NCBI GenBank assembly: GCA_963782055.1
Contig: CAWAIF010000003.1
Coordinates: 4,736,001 to 4,800,000, forward strand
Direction: 5' to 3'
DNA from: an uncultured delta proteobacterium
GTDB lineage: Bacteria > Myxococcota_A > Polyangia > Polyangiales > Polyangiaceae
Length of the DNA: 64,000 nt
The translations under genes and the position numbers were made by a program. Positions 9,482 through 18,590 of this stretch are shown here, one piece after another. The first letter of the stretch is position 1; every line of letters begins with the position of its first letter. The notes beneath the pieces were generated by a model that worked only from the letters and a program-made list of their open reading frames with translations, was not told where the DNA came from and did no database searches.

Positions 9482-10114
9482 ATGCGGCCCCGCCCCCTTG
9501 CCCAGCTCGTCCTCGCGGCGGCCCTCCTCGCCCCCGCCGCCGCCCGGGCCGACGACACCGAGGACGCCTCCACCCCCACGCACCTGCGGCGGGAGTACGT
9601 CCAGTACGGCCTCGCCTTCACCGGCGAGTTCGTCGTCGCACCCGGCCCCATCTGCGGCGGCACCGCGCAGGGGGCCCCGTGCATCCTGGGCAGCGGGGGC
9701 GGGGTGGCCATCCGCCTGGGGCAGCGGCTCCGCGCCCCGTTCTGGCTGGGCGGCGCGTACGAGTTCTCCAAGCAGGAGCCTGGGCAGGTCTACCGCCTGG
9801 CGATCCTGCAACAGCTGCGCGCGGAGGGCCGCTTCTACATCGACACCGGCCGCACCACGCAGCCCTACTTCTCGGCCACCGTCGGCGGCGTGGGCTACGG
9901 CAACCTCTGGGGCCTCGACACCGGCGGCCCGGAGGCCGGCCTCGGGCTCGGCTCCGAGACGCAGCTCTCGACTGGCCTCGTCGTGGGCTTCTCGCTCACC
10001 TACCGCGGGATGTTCCTCGCGTCCTTCGACGACTCGGGCGGCACGCACCGTCCGGAGGGCTTCGCCCAGGTGCTCGGGCTGGATCTGGTCCTCGAGTCGC
10101 GCGACTCTCTCTGA
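9482..10114 (+). CDS. Exported protein, probable small outer-membrane beta-barrel
   Basis: Signal peptide ending ARA-DD; alternating Gly/aromatic beta strands. Confidence 0.65.
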   Translation: MRPRPLAQLVLAAALLAPAAARADDTEDASTPTHLRREYVQYGLAFTGEFVVAPGPICGGTAQGAPCILGSGGGVAIRLGQRLRAPFWLGGAYEFSKQEPGQVYRLAILQQLRAEGRFYIDTGRTTQPYFSATVGGVGYGNLWGLDTGGPEAGLGLGSETQLSTGLVVGFSLTYRGMFLASFDDSGGTHRPEGFAQVLGLDLVLESRDSL

Positions 10115-10216
10115 TCGCCCTCGCCGAGCTCCCGGGGGACACAACGGGGGATAGAACGCCGCCGCACGCGGAAACCCGCTTGACGGGGACGCCCGCTCCG
10201 AGTTCCCTACCTACTC

Positions 10217-11755
10217 GTGATTTGCGCGACCTGTGGTCGAAACAACGGCGACCATCTCGTCTTCTGCGAGGACTGCGGCGCTCGTCTCGCGCCGCGCGTC
10301 GCCCCGCCCACCCCGGCGATCGGCATCCCCATGCCGCCCGGTGCGGGAGGCGCTGCGCCCGCAGCCGGCCCTTCCGCTGCGCCCGGGCCCGCGCCGGCGA
10401 AGGGTGTCACCTGTCCGCGCTGCGGCGCCAACAACAACGCGGGCATGCGCTTCTGCATCACGTGCGGCAGCCCGCTGGAGGGCAAGCCATCGAAGCCCTC
10501 GATGCCTGCGCCCGTCCCCGCGCCCGCCGCGCCGCAACCCACGCCCGCGCCCGCGGCGCAGCCACCCACCCCTGTCGCCCACACCCCCGCGCCCGCGCCC
10601 AGCCCGGGCATCGCGGCGCCGGGGCCGGCCATCGCGCCGGTGCCGGTCGTGGGGCTTGGAGCCCCCGCGCCCCAAGCGGCGACCCGCGCGTGCAAGCGCT
10701 GCAAGGGGGTGTGCGACGCCAACGCGCAGTTCTGCCGCTTCTGCGGCGCACCCCTGGCGGATGGAAAAGACACTGAGCCCATCCCGGTGATGGCGTCGCC
10801 CAGTCAGGCCGCCCCGGCCGCGCCACCCGCCGCGTCGCCTCCGGCAGCCGCGACGCCCGTGCCGGCTGCCGCGAGCCCGGCGCCGGCTGCCACGACGCCG
10901 CGGCTGGATGCGACCCTCATCTCCGGCCCGCCCGGCGGCATGGACGCCACCACCCCCGCCCCCACGCCCGCGGAGGAGCACGAGAAGACGAAGGTCATCC
11001 AGGCCTACCAGGGGGAGGTCGCGCCCGCCGGCCGCCTCGTCGTGATCGCCAAGGATGGCGGCGAGGGCCCGAGCTTCCCCATCCTCGACCAGCTGGACAT
11101 CGGCCGCGCCGATGGCGAGGCCACCTTCGCCGAGGACCGCTACCTCGCGCCGCGTCACGCCCGCATCGTCCGCGTCGGCGACACGCTCCGCGTCCGCGAT
11201 CTGGGCTCGCCCAACGGCATCTATCTGCGCCTGCGGAAGAAGGGCGCCGGCGCGACGGAGTACGCCGGCGAGGCGCCGCTCGCCGACCAGGATTTGATCT
11301 TGATCGGGCAGCAGGTGCTAAGGTTCGAGATCGTGAAAGACGCCGAGGAGGGGTTCGGGGCGGCCTCCGAGCACGGTACACTTGTCTTTGGCACACCGGC
11401 GGCTCCAAGGTACGCTCGGCTTTGCCAGCGGACGACCGAAGGGGTCGCCCGCGACGTGTATCACTTGCGCAAGGCGGAGACCGTGCTCGGACGCGAATCG
11501 GGAGACATCGTGTTCACGGAGGACCCATTCCTCTCGCGCCGGCACGCGGCCGTCCGCATGGACACGCCCGAGAGCTTCGCCCTGGTGGACCTCGACTCCT
11601 CCAACGGCACCTTCATCCGGATCCGCGGGGAGGTGGCCGTGCAGGACGGCGACGAGCTGCGCATGGGTCAGGAGCTGTTCCGTGTCGACCTGAAGTCGCT
11701 CGGCGGCCGCGCCGCGATGCCCAGCACCAGCGACGCCGCGAGGGCGCCTGCATGA
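10217..11755 (+). CDS. Zinc-ribbon and double FHA domain protein
   Basis: Three CxxC...FCxxCG ribbons, Pro/Ala linkers, two FHA domains (IGR...RHA...SPNG; LGR...SRRHA...SSNGT). Confidence 0.88.
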   Translation: MICATCGRNNGDHLVFCEDCGARLAPRVAPPTPAIGIPMPPGAGGAAPAAGPSAAPGPAPAKGVTCPRCGANNNAGMRFCITCGSPLEGKPSKPSMPAPVPAPAAPQPTPAPAAQPPTPVAHTPAPAPSPGIAAPGPAIAPVPVVGLGAPAPQAATRACKRCKGVCDANAQFCRFCGAPLADGKDTEPIPVMASPSQAAPAAPPAASPPAAATPVPAAASPAPAATTPRLDATLISGPPGGMDATTPAPTPAEEHEKTKVIQAYQGEVAPAGRLVVIAKDGGEGPSFPILDQLDIGRADGEATFAEDRYLAPRHARIVRVGDTLRVRDLGSPNGIYLRLRKKGAGATEYAGEAPLADQDLILIGQQVLRFEIVKDAEEGFGAASEHGTLVFGTPAAPRYARLCQRTTEGVARDVYHLRKAETVLGRESGDIVFTEDPFLSRRHAAVRMDTPESFALVDLDSSNGTFIRIRGEVAVQDGDELRMGQELFRVDLKSLGGRAAMPSTSDAARAPA

Positions 11756-11765
11756 GGCTCCCGTC

Positions 11766-12959
11766 GTGACGCAGCCCGAGACCCCCGCGGCCGAGACCGC
11801 CGTCGAGACGCGTGAAGACCCCGCGCCGCGTGGCGAGGTGCGCGTCAAGCTCTTCGCCCGCACCGACGTCGGGCAGGTACGCGAGCACAACGAGGACAAC
11901 TTCCTCGTGGCCGACCTGACCCAGCGCGCCCGCGGCCTGCACGAGGCCAACCGCGAGGTCGCGATCGCCGGCAACGGGCAGCTCCTCGCCGTGTGCGACG
12001 GCATGGGCGGCGCGGCGGCGGGCGAGATCGCCAGCCAGCTCGCGGTCGACATCATCTACGAGAGCATGGTCGAGGGCCTGGACCCCACGACCGAGCGCAA
12101 CGACATCGCCCGCCGGCTGGTCCGCGCGGTGGAGGCCGCCGGCCTGCGCATCTTCCAGGAAGCGAAGGCGGACCGCACCCGGCGCGGCATGGGCACCACC
12201 GTCACCGCGGCTGCGCTCGTGGACGACCACCTCTTCCTGGCGCAGGTGGGCGACTCGCGCGGCTACATCCTGCGCAACGGCGTGCTCACGCAGGTCACGC
12301 GGGATCAGTCGCTGGTCAACCAGCTCATCGAGGCCGGCCAGCTCACCGAGGAAGAGGCCGAGACCTTCGAGCACAACAACATCATCCTGCAGGCGCTCGG
12401 CACCGCGGACACCGTGCAGGTGGACCTCACCTACGTCGAGCTGCGCAAGGGCGACACCCTGCTGCTCTGCTCCGACGGCCTGTCGGGCATGGTGCGCGGC
12501 GACGAGATCCGCGAGGTGCTCAAGACCGCGGCGGACCCGCTCGAGGCGTGCAAGACCCTCACCGAGCGCGCCAACCTCGCCGGCGGACACGACAACATCA
12601 CGGTCATCGTCGCCAGGTTCGACGGCGAGGGCCTGCAGGACACGTCGGCCGACACCGAGCCGCTCAAGTACCGCAAGTACAACCTGCCGGAGGAGTCGAC
12701 CGGGCCGTACCGCCGCAACGCCACCACGGTGACCGGCCGGCAGCCCGAAGAGCGCGAGGTCGCGGCGCCGCTGGATGGCGCGGGCGCGTCCCCGCAGCCG
12801 GCCGTGGTCGGCGGCGCCGCCACGTGGCCCGCCGCCGCGGGCGCGGAGGAGGAGCGTATCGACATCCCGGGCACGCACGTGCCGGCGGGCGTCGTCGTCG
12901 GCCTCATCCTCGGCGTCATCCTGCTCTTCGCCGCGACGGCCTTTTTGCTGCTGCGCTGA
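11766..12959 (+). CDS. PP2C/Stp1-family Ser/Thr protein phosphatase with C-terminal TM helix
   Basis: TDVGQVREHNED, VCDGMGG, GMGTT, VGDSR, LCSDGL, GGHDNIT. Confidence 0.93.
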   Translation: MTQPETPAAETAVETREDPAPRGEVRVKLFARTDVGQVREHNEDNFLVADLTQRARGLHEANREVAIAGNGQLLAVCDGMGGAAAGEIASQLAVDIIYESMVEGLDPTTERNDIARRLVRAVEAAGLRIFQEAKADRTRRGMGTTVTAAALVDDHLFLAQVGDSRGYILRNGVLTQVTRDQSLVNQLIEAGQLTEEEAETFEHNNIILQALGTADTVQVDLTYVELRKGDTLLLCSDGLSGMVRGDEIREVLKTAADPLEACKTLTERANLAGGHDNITVIVARFDGEGLQDTSADTEPLKYRKYNLPEESTGPYRRNATTVTGRQPEEREVAAPLDGAGASPQPAVVGGAATWPAAAGAEEERIDIPGTHVPAGVVVGLILGVILLFAATAFLLLR

Positions 12960-12969
12960 GCTTCCGGGC

Positions 12970-13809
12970 TCAGCGCCTGCCCGCCTGCGCGAGCGCATAG
13001 CGCGCGACGGCGTTGCCCGGCTGGAGCGCGAGCGACCTGTGCGCGGCGTCGGTGCCGGCGGTGGCGTCCCCTTCGGCGATGCGGTCCACGGCGATCCAGG
13101 CCCACGCGGCGGCGGCGAGGCTCGGGTCGGACGACTCGGCCAGTGGGCGAAGTGTCGAGAGCGCGCGCGTGTGATCGCCGGCGCGAAGCAGGCGGCGCCC
13201 GACGAGCAGGAGCAGCTCCGGACGCTCGCCGAGGAGCTGGCGCCCGCGGTCGAGGGTGGCGTCGGCGTCCGCGTCGCGACCGAGCCGCAGCAGGCACTCC
13301 GTCAGGCCCGCCCAGCCCTCGACCCTCTCCGGCGCGACCTGCGTGAGGCGGAGGAACTGCTCGCGCGCCGGGTCGATGGCGCCGCGCGCGAACAGCAGCC
13401 GGCCGAGGTTGACGCGCGCCGGCGCGAAGCCGGGGTCCACCTTGAGGGCCTCGCGGTAGTGCTTCTCGGCCGCGCGCGTGTCGCCGGCCTTCTCCGCGAC
13501 GAGCCCCAGCCCGTGGTGCGGCGCGGGCAGGTCCGGGTTGAGCGAGCGGGCGTGGCGCAGGTCGTGGCGGGCCTTGTCCAGCCGGCCGCGCCGCAGCTCC
13601 ACGAGCCCCAGGTTCACCCACGCCTCGGTGAAGCGCGGGTTGTACTCCAGGGCCAGAGCGATCTGCGCCTCGGCGGCGTCGAGATCGCCGTCGCCCAGCG
13701 CCGCGGCGCCGCGGTCGTTGAGCTGGATGGCGCGGGCCGGAAGGGGCGGCCGCGTGGTGGCGCATCCCACAACCAGCGCGCAGAGGGCGAGGAGGAGCAG
13801 AGCTTTCAC
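12970..13809 (-). CDS. TPR-repeat lipoprotein
   Basis: GTG start VKALLLLALCALVVGC; multiple TPR units (EAWVNLG, APARVNLG). Confidence 0.8.
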   Translation of the reverse strand: MKALLLLALCALVVGCATTRPPLPARAIQLNDRGAAALGDGDLDAAEAQIALALEYNPRFTEAWVNLGLVELRRGRLDKARHDLRHARSLNPDLPAPHHGLGLVAEKAGDTRAAEKHYREALKVDPGFAPARVNLGRLLFARGAIDPAREQFLRLTQVAPERVEGWAGLTECLLRLGRDADADATLDRGRQLLGERPELLLLVGRRLLRAGDHTRALSTLRPLAESSDPSLAAAAWAWIAVDRIAEGDATAGTDAAHRSLALQPGNAVARYALAQAGRR

Positions 13810-13871
13810 GCGCCCCCATCGGCCCGGGGGCGCGGCCGGTTGCGCGGCTCGGGGCCCGGGCGGGCGGGGGA

Positions 13872-14918
13872 TCAGGGAGGGTCGACGCGCGGGGCGGGGC
13901 GCGGCTCGGCCCCGGAGTGCAGCCGCATGAGCGACGGCTCGCCCTCGCTGACGCCGGTGTAGACGTTGGTGACGTCGTCGGGCGCGGTGACCTGCCGGGC
14001 ATCGAACACGGGCCTCAGCACGTAGAGCCCGGAGTGGAGGAAGGTGCCATCCGGGCAGCTCGGGCCGATGCCGACGACCTCCGAGGTGTGGCGCCGCGGC
14101 GACAGCGTGTGGAGCAGCTCGGGGATGGCCACCGCCGCGAGCGATCCGCTGCAGCGGACCAGGCGTCCGTCCGTCCGCCGGACGACGAAGCCGAGCGTCT
14201 GCGGGCGCACGAGCACACGCAGGGAGCGCTCGCCCTCGTTGGTCACGCGGATGACCGTCTGGCGCTCGAAGAGACGGCCGATGTCCAGCCGCGCGGGCAT
14301 CGTGACCTTGAGCTGCTCGCGGAAGGCGACGGTGGGGACGGTGGTCGACGCGGCCTCCGGCGCGCCGGCGTCGGCGGGGGCTGGCGGGAGGGTGATGGGC
14401 GGCGCCTGGATCTCCTTGGCCGCGGCGGGGGCGCCCGCGTCTCCGGCGACGAGCGCCGCGGTCACGTACGGCGGGGCGAGGTGCGTGGAGCGCCACCCGA
14501 AGTGCCCGACCACCGACGCGCCGGGCACGAGCGCCGCGGCGTCGCGCGAGCTGAAGCAGTACAGGCGCGGGTCGAAGTGCGCGGTGTAGCTGCGGCCAGG
14601 CACCAGCACGAGCGCGCGGGCTACGTCGCTGACGGGCTGCATGTCGCGAGGCAGCCGGCAGGAGACGGTGCGCCCGCCGGGCGGCGTCACGTCCAGCGAG
14701 AGCAGGTAGGAGTCCGCCACGATGCGCAGCGGCACCGTCCCGGTGTTTGCCACCTTCATCGTCCACTGGTGCGGCGTCGGCGCGTCGAGCGCGAGCGACA
14801 CCTGCGGCGGTGGTGGAGGTGGCGGCGGCGGTGGCTTGGCCTTGCGGCGGGCGGCGAGCGCGACGGCGGCGGTCGACACCGCCACCATCACGAACAGCGC
14901 CACCCGCCCGGCACGCAT
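13872..14918 (-). CDS. Exported hypothetical protein with two similar beta-sandwich-like domains
   Basis: Signal peptide and polyproline; repeats VANTGTVPLRI...GRTVSC and VTNEGERSLRV...GRLVRC. Confidence 0.65.
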   Translation of the reverse strand: MRAGRVALFVMVAVSTAAVALAARRKAKPPPPPPPPPPQVSLALDAPTPHQWTMKVANTGTVPLRIVADSYLLSLDVTPPGGRTVSCRLPRDMQPVSDVARALVLVPGRSYTAHFDPRLYCFSSRDAAALVPGASVVGHFGWRSTHLAPPYVTAALVAGDAGAPAAAKEIQAPPITLPPAPADAGAPEAASTTVPTVAFREQLKVTMPARLDIGRLFERQTVIRVTNEGERSLRVLVRPQTLGFVVRRTDGRLVRCSGSLAAVAIPELLHTLSPRRHTSEVVGIGPSCPDGTFLHSGLYVLRPVFDARQVTAPDDVTNVYTGVSEGEPSLMRLHSGAEPRPAPRVDPP

Positions 14919-14920
14919 GA

Positions 14921-16453
14921 TCAGCCGCGCAAGCTCTCGAGGAGCTCGAGGTCGGGGAGCGACACGACGTGCCGCGTGCGAACGACCGCGACGTCTGCGT
15001 CCTCCAGCAGCTTGCAGAAGGCGAGACCGTCGTAGAGCGCGACGGGGGGCGCGTTGGGCGTGCCCGCCTCCTCGCGCGCGCCGGAGAGGACCTGACCGGT
15101 GGTGATGAGCCAGCCGGCCGTCGCCGGGCCGTAGTGATGGAGCGCGCCGCGCAGGTCGGTCACGCGCTCGCGCCCGATCTCGCGGCCATCCTTGCGGATG
15201 ACGACGGCGGTGCGGATCTCGTCGGTGCCGGTCTTGTGGATGCCGGCGAAGTGCGCCTCGCCGCCGGAGAGGCCGGAGCGCTTGACCGGACGCACCTGCG
15301 AGAGACCCATGCGCTCGAGGGCGAGCAGCGCGAGCTCGACGAAGGCATGGCCGGGCAGCTCCTGCACGCGGCGAAGGAAGGCGCGCCGCGCGCCGTCGCG
15401 GTAGCGGTCCACGGCGATGGCGACCTCCTGCTCGAGGCGCACCAAATCCTGGCTGAGGAGCCAGTCGGTGGGGGCGACGCGCATGCCGGAGGCGAAGCGG
15501 AAGCGGGGGCGCTGGCCGGAGGCCTGACGCCGCAGGTTGTCGGCGCGGAGCGAAGCGGAGAGCTGCGTCGCGGCGGCCGCGGGATCGCCGCCGATGCGGC
15601 CGCGCCGCGCGAGCTGGTCGACGAGCGAGCGCATCGCGACGGGGCCGCCGTTGCGATCGAAGGCCCCGAACACGATGAGCGCAGCGTCGGCGAGGTCGCG
15701 GCCGGCGAGCTCGTCGCCCTCGCCGAGGGGGACGTCGATGCCGCTGGGCGTGCCACCCGCCATGATCTGCTGGCGATCGCGCACGACGGGGCGCGAGGGC
15801 ATGCCGCCTTCGCGCGACATGTCGAGCGAGGAGTCGGCGTCCACCGAGAGGATGGGCGTCGGCTGGATGGGAGCGCCGTCGGCGCCGGCCTGGCCGCCGC
15901 GACCGCGACGGCGACGGCGGCGGCGGCGGCGGCCGCCTTCCGGAGCGGCTCCGGCCTCGCCCGCCGGCGCGCCCGGCTGGGCGGCGAGCGGCGCGAGGAT
16001 GGGCTGATCGTCGTCCTCCTCGTCGTCGAAGAAGTCGGCGCCGCTCGCGGCGAGGTCCGCCCGCAGGGCGTCGTCGGTGGAGACGAGCATCTCGTCCTCA
16101 CCCTCGTCCTCGACCGCGACCGCGGAGGACGGCGGCGGCGCCGCGGCGGCCTCCACCTCCAGGGCGTTGACGGTCACGTCGGTCTCTTCGTCCTCGGGCC
16201 GGGGCTTGCCGGGGCCCTTCTTCTTGTCCGCCCACTCGCGGAGGGCGAACACGCCCGGCTTCACCCGGACGATGGGGTTGGTCTTGTCTTCCTTCTTGAG
16301 CAGCGCCGCGAGGCGGGCGCCCATGGTGACCTCCGGGCTCTTGCCCACGTGGGAGAGGAGGTTCTTCTCCACGGCCAGCTCGGTGATTTCTTTGTAGTGC
16401 AGCGGTTTGCCGGCGAGGCGCAAGACCTCCGCGGCGGCTTCGGTGAACGTCAT
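14921..16453 (-). CDS. HARE-HTH protein with C-terminal degenerate Mrr-like restriction endonuclease domain
   Basis: N-terminus MTFTEAAAEVLRLAGKPLHYKEITELAVEKNLL...KSPEVTMGARL...PGVFALREW; C-terminus FVELALLALERMG...IGRERVTDLRGAL...GWLITTG...VALYDG. Confidence 0.82.
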   Translation of the reverse strand: MTFTEAAAEVLRLAGKPLHYKEITELAVEKNLLSHVGKSPEVTMGARLAALLKKEDKTNPIVRVKPGVFALREWADKKKGPGKPRPEDEETDVTVNALEVEAAAAPPPSSAVAVEDEGEDEMLVSTDDALRADLAASGADFFDDEEDDDQPILAPLAAQPGAPAGEAGAAPEGGRRRRRRRRRGRGGQAGADGAPIQPTPILSVDADSSLDMSREGGMPSRPVVRDRQQIMAGGTPSGIDVPLGEGDELAGRDLADAALIVFGAFDRNGGPVAMRSLVDQLARRGRIGGDPAAAATQLSASLRADNLRRQASGQRPRFRFASGMRVAPTDWLLSQDLVRLEQEVAIAVDRYRDGARRAFLRRVQELPGHAFVELALLALERMGLSQVRPVKRSGLSGGEAHFAGIHKTGTDEIRTAVVIRKDGREIGRERVTDLRGALHHYGPATAGWLITTGQVLSGAREEAGTPNAPPVALYDGLAFCKLLEDADVAVVRTRHVVSLPDLELLESLRG

Positions 16454-16620
16454 GTTCTCGTATCCCTGCCCCTCTTCGGGGCCCCTGTCGTTCCCGCGGC
16501 CGCCCCCATGGCTGCCGCGCGCAGAACGTATGCTTTCCGGTTCGGAGCGCCCCCGTGGTCCCGTTCCGCGCCGATGAGCGGGCGATGCAGGGCCGTGGGC
16601 ACCAAACTCTTACGCGCGGC

Positions 16621-16649
16621 AACATAATGCCCCGACGGGTGCACGTCAA
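16621..16649 (-). promoter_or_regulatory. Candidate sigma-70 promoter TTGACG-N17-TATGTT
   Basis: Near-consensus boxes with 17-nt spacing, about 165 nt upstream of the HARE-HTH start. Confidence 0.6.
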
Positions 16650-16691
16650 ACCGCATTGCGCCGGGGCCGTTCGGGGTGCTACGGCCCGGCC

Positions 16692-17411
16692 ATGCCACCG
16701 TCGCGAGCCCCGTCGCTCCTCCGCACAGCCGCGCTGGTGCTGGTCGCCGTGGCCGCGGTCGGGGTGGCGGTGCGCTACGCGTTCGACGAGGCTCAGGCCG
16801 GATCGGTGCGTGCGCTCGGCGCGCTCGGGGCCGCCTACACGCTGGTGCTCGTGGTGGCGGCGGTCGCCGGGAGCGGGAAGGACACCTTCGAGCCGCGCTT
16901 CTGGCTGCGCCCGCAGTGGGGCGACATCTCACGCGGCTTCTTCGCCGCGGTGGCCCTCTTCGGTGCGGCGTACGCCTTCGTGCGGGTGGTCGCGCCGCCG
17001 ACCTCCCCGCGCAGCGCGTGGGTGGCGCGCGTGTATTTGCAGGCTGGCGACACCAAGCTGCTGCGCGAGCACCTCGGCCTGGTGGCGCTGGTGATCGTCG
17101 CGGCCGCGACGTGCGAGGAGCTGGTGTGGCGCGGCTGGGTCACCGCCGAGCTGGAGCGCGTCATCGGCGAGAGGTGGGCGTGGGTCGGCGCGGCGGGCGC
17201 CTACGCGCTCGCCCACGCGCCCACGGTGCTCGCGCTGCGCGATCCCACCGCGGGGATCAACCCGACGATCGTGCTCGCGGCGCTCGCCGGCGGCCTGCTC
17301 TGGGGCGGGATGCAGAAGCGCTTCGGGCGGCTCGTCCCGGGGATCTTCGCGCACGCCATCTTCGACTGGGCGGTGCTGATGACCTACCGGCTCTGGGGCC
17401 CCAGCGTCTGA
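16692..17411 (+). CDS. CPBP (Abi/CAAX) intramembrane glutamic endopeptidase
   Basis: CEELVWRG, YALAH, IFAHAIFD motifs; multiple TM helices. Confidence 0.85.
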   Translation: MPPSRAPSLLRTAALVLVAVAAVGVAVRYAFDEAQAGSVRALGALGAAYTLVLVVAAVAGSGKDTFEPRFWLRPQWGDISRGFFAAVALFGAAYAFVRVVAPPTSPRSAWVARVYLQAGDTKLLREHLGLVALVIVAAATCEELVWRGWVTAELERVIGERWAWVGAAGAYALAHAPTVLALRDPTAGINPTIVLAALAGGLLWGGMQKRFGRLVPGIFAHAIFDWAVLMTYRLWGPSV

Positions 17412-17420
17412 GAAAAGCGA

Positions 17421-17457
17421 AGGCCCGCGGCTCGCGGTGAAGCGAGCGCACGGGCCT
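17421..17457. terminator. Hairpin between convergent genes
   Basis: AGGCCCG/CGGGCCT and GCTCGC/GCGAGC arms; the preceding A-run gives a U-tract on the minus strand. Confidence 0.55.
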
Positions 17458-17482
17458 CCACGTCGTCAGAGCGGCTGGACGA

Positions 17483-18034
17483 TCAGTTGTTGGCCATCGC
17501 CTGGAGCACGCCCCAGATGATGCCGCCGATCAGGCCGACGACGATGCCGATGATGGAGATCATCATGCCGGTCTTGGCCTTGGCCTGCGCCGTCATCATG
17601 TCGCCGGTCTTCTTCGCGTTCATCGCCTGAACGGAGAAGATGATGCCGCCGACGCCGGCGGGCAGGCAGCAGCACGCCGTGCAGACGATGGCGAGCACCA
17701 GCGGCAGGGTCGTGTTGACGTCACCGCCCATGCCGGGGGTCATCGGGCCGCCGGGAGGGGGGAAGCCACCTCCGGGAGGGCCGAAGCCGCCGCCGGGCGG
17801 AGGACCGCCGAACCCGCCGGGGGGAGGTCCGCCTCCGGGAGGGCCGAAGCCACCGGGAGGTGCGCCGCCGGGAGGAGGCCCACCGTAGCCGCCGGGAGGC
17901 GCGCCGGGAGGAGCTCCGCCAGGCGGACCGCCGTAGCCGCCACCACCGGGCGGAGGGTAACCGCCACCCGGAGGACCGTAGCCTCCCTGGGCGTGCGAAA
18001 TTCCGTTTGCGCTCATCGGCTGATCCACCATCAT
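17483..18034 (-). CDS. CD225/dispanin family membrane protein with Gly/Pro-rich N-terminus
   Basis: LAIVCTACCCLPAGVGGIIFSVQA...GDMMTAQAKAKTG; GGGFGPP-type low-complexity repeats. Confidence 0.82.
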   Translation of the reverse strand: MMVDQPMSANGISHAQGGYGPPGGGYPPPGGGGYGGPPGGAPPGAPPGGYGGPPPGGAPPGGFGPPGGGPPPGGFGGPPPGGGFGPPGGGFPPPGGPMTPGMGGDVNTTLPLVLAIVCTACCCLPAGVGGIIFSVQAMNAKKTGDMMTAQAKAKTGMMISIIGIVVGLIGGIIWGVLQAMANN

Positions 18035-18100
18035 GAGTTCCCTTCTCTCCTCGTGCAGGAGCCCCTCCTGCGAGGGGGGAGCATCGCACACGTTGGGCGG

Positions 18101-18589
18101 ATGCTAAATCGAAACCGCACCTTGTCGCATCTCCCATCTGCAGCTGGGGTAGACCCCTCACAAACCCGGGCAAATCCGCCGCTCGGGCCCCGCCCGCCCC
18201 GTCACTGGGGTCGGGCGGCGGGGGTCCTCTCCTTCTACGTCGGCGTCTTCTTTTTGCTTCTCTCCGGCTCGGTGCGGTGCACCTTCGCGACCCTCACGCA
18301 CCACCCGTGCCCCGGCTGCGGCACGACGCGCTCCGCGTGGGCGATGCTCCACGGTGACCTCGGCGAGGCGTTCCGCTTCAATCCGCTCGGGCCGTTCGTG
18401 ATCCTCTGCCTCTTCGTGCTCGCGGTGGAGAGCATCGTGGACATCTGGAAGGACGGCAACGCCGATCGCTTCGCCTCCAGGGGTCCGGGCAAGTGGGCGC
18501 TCTACACCCTCTTCGTCGTCTGCGCGCTGGAGCTCGTGGTGTGGGTCGCGCGCTTCTTCGGTGCCTTCGGCGGACCGGTCCCGGTGTGA
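18101..18589 (+). CDS. DUF2752 domain membrane protein
   Basis: CTFATLTHHPCPGCGTTRSAWAMLHGDLGEAFRFNPLG. Start uncertain. Confidence 0.82.
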   Translation: MLNRNRTLSHLPSAAGVDPSQTRANPPLGPRPPRHWGRAAGVLSFYVGVFFLLLSGSVRCTFATLTHHPCPGCGTTRSAWAMLHGDLGEAFRFNPLGPFVILCLFVLAVESIVDIWKDGNADRFASRGPGKWALYTLFVVCALELVVWVARFFGAFGGPVPV

Positions 18590-18590
18590 C

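Noticed and set aside
14921..16453. Active type IV restriction system or defence island
   Set aside because: The catalytic residues look degenerate, and no methyltransferase, other defence genes or mobility genes are nearby.
17730..17990. GGAGG/CCGCC-rich repeats that might look like an array
   Set aside because: These are coding Gly/Pro low-complexity repeats of the dispanin, with no constant repeat-spacer structure.
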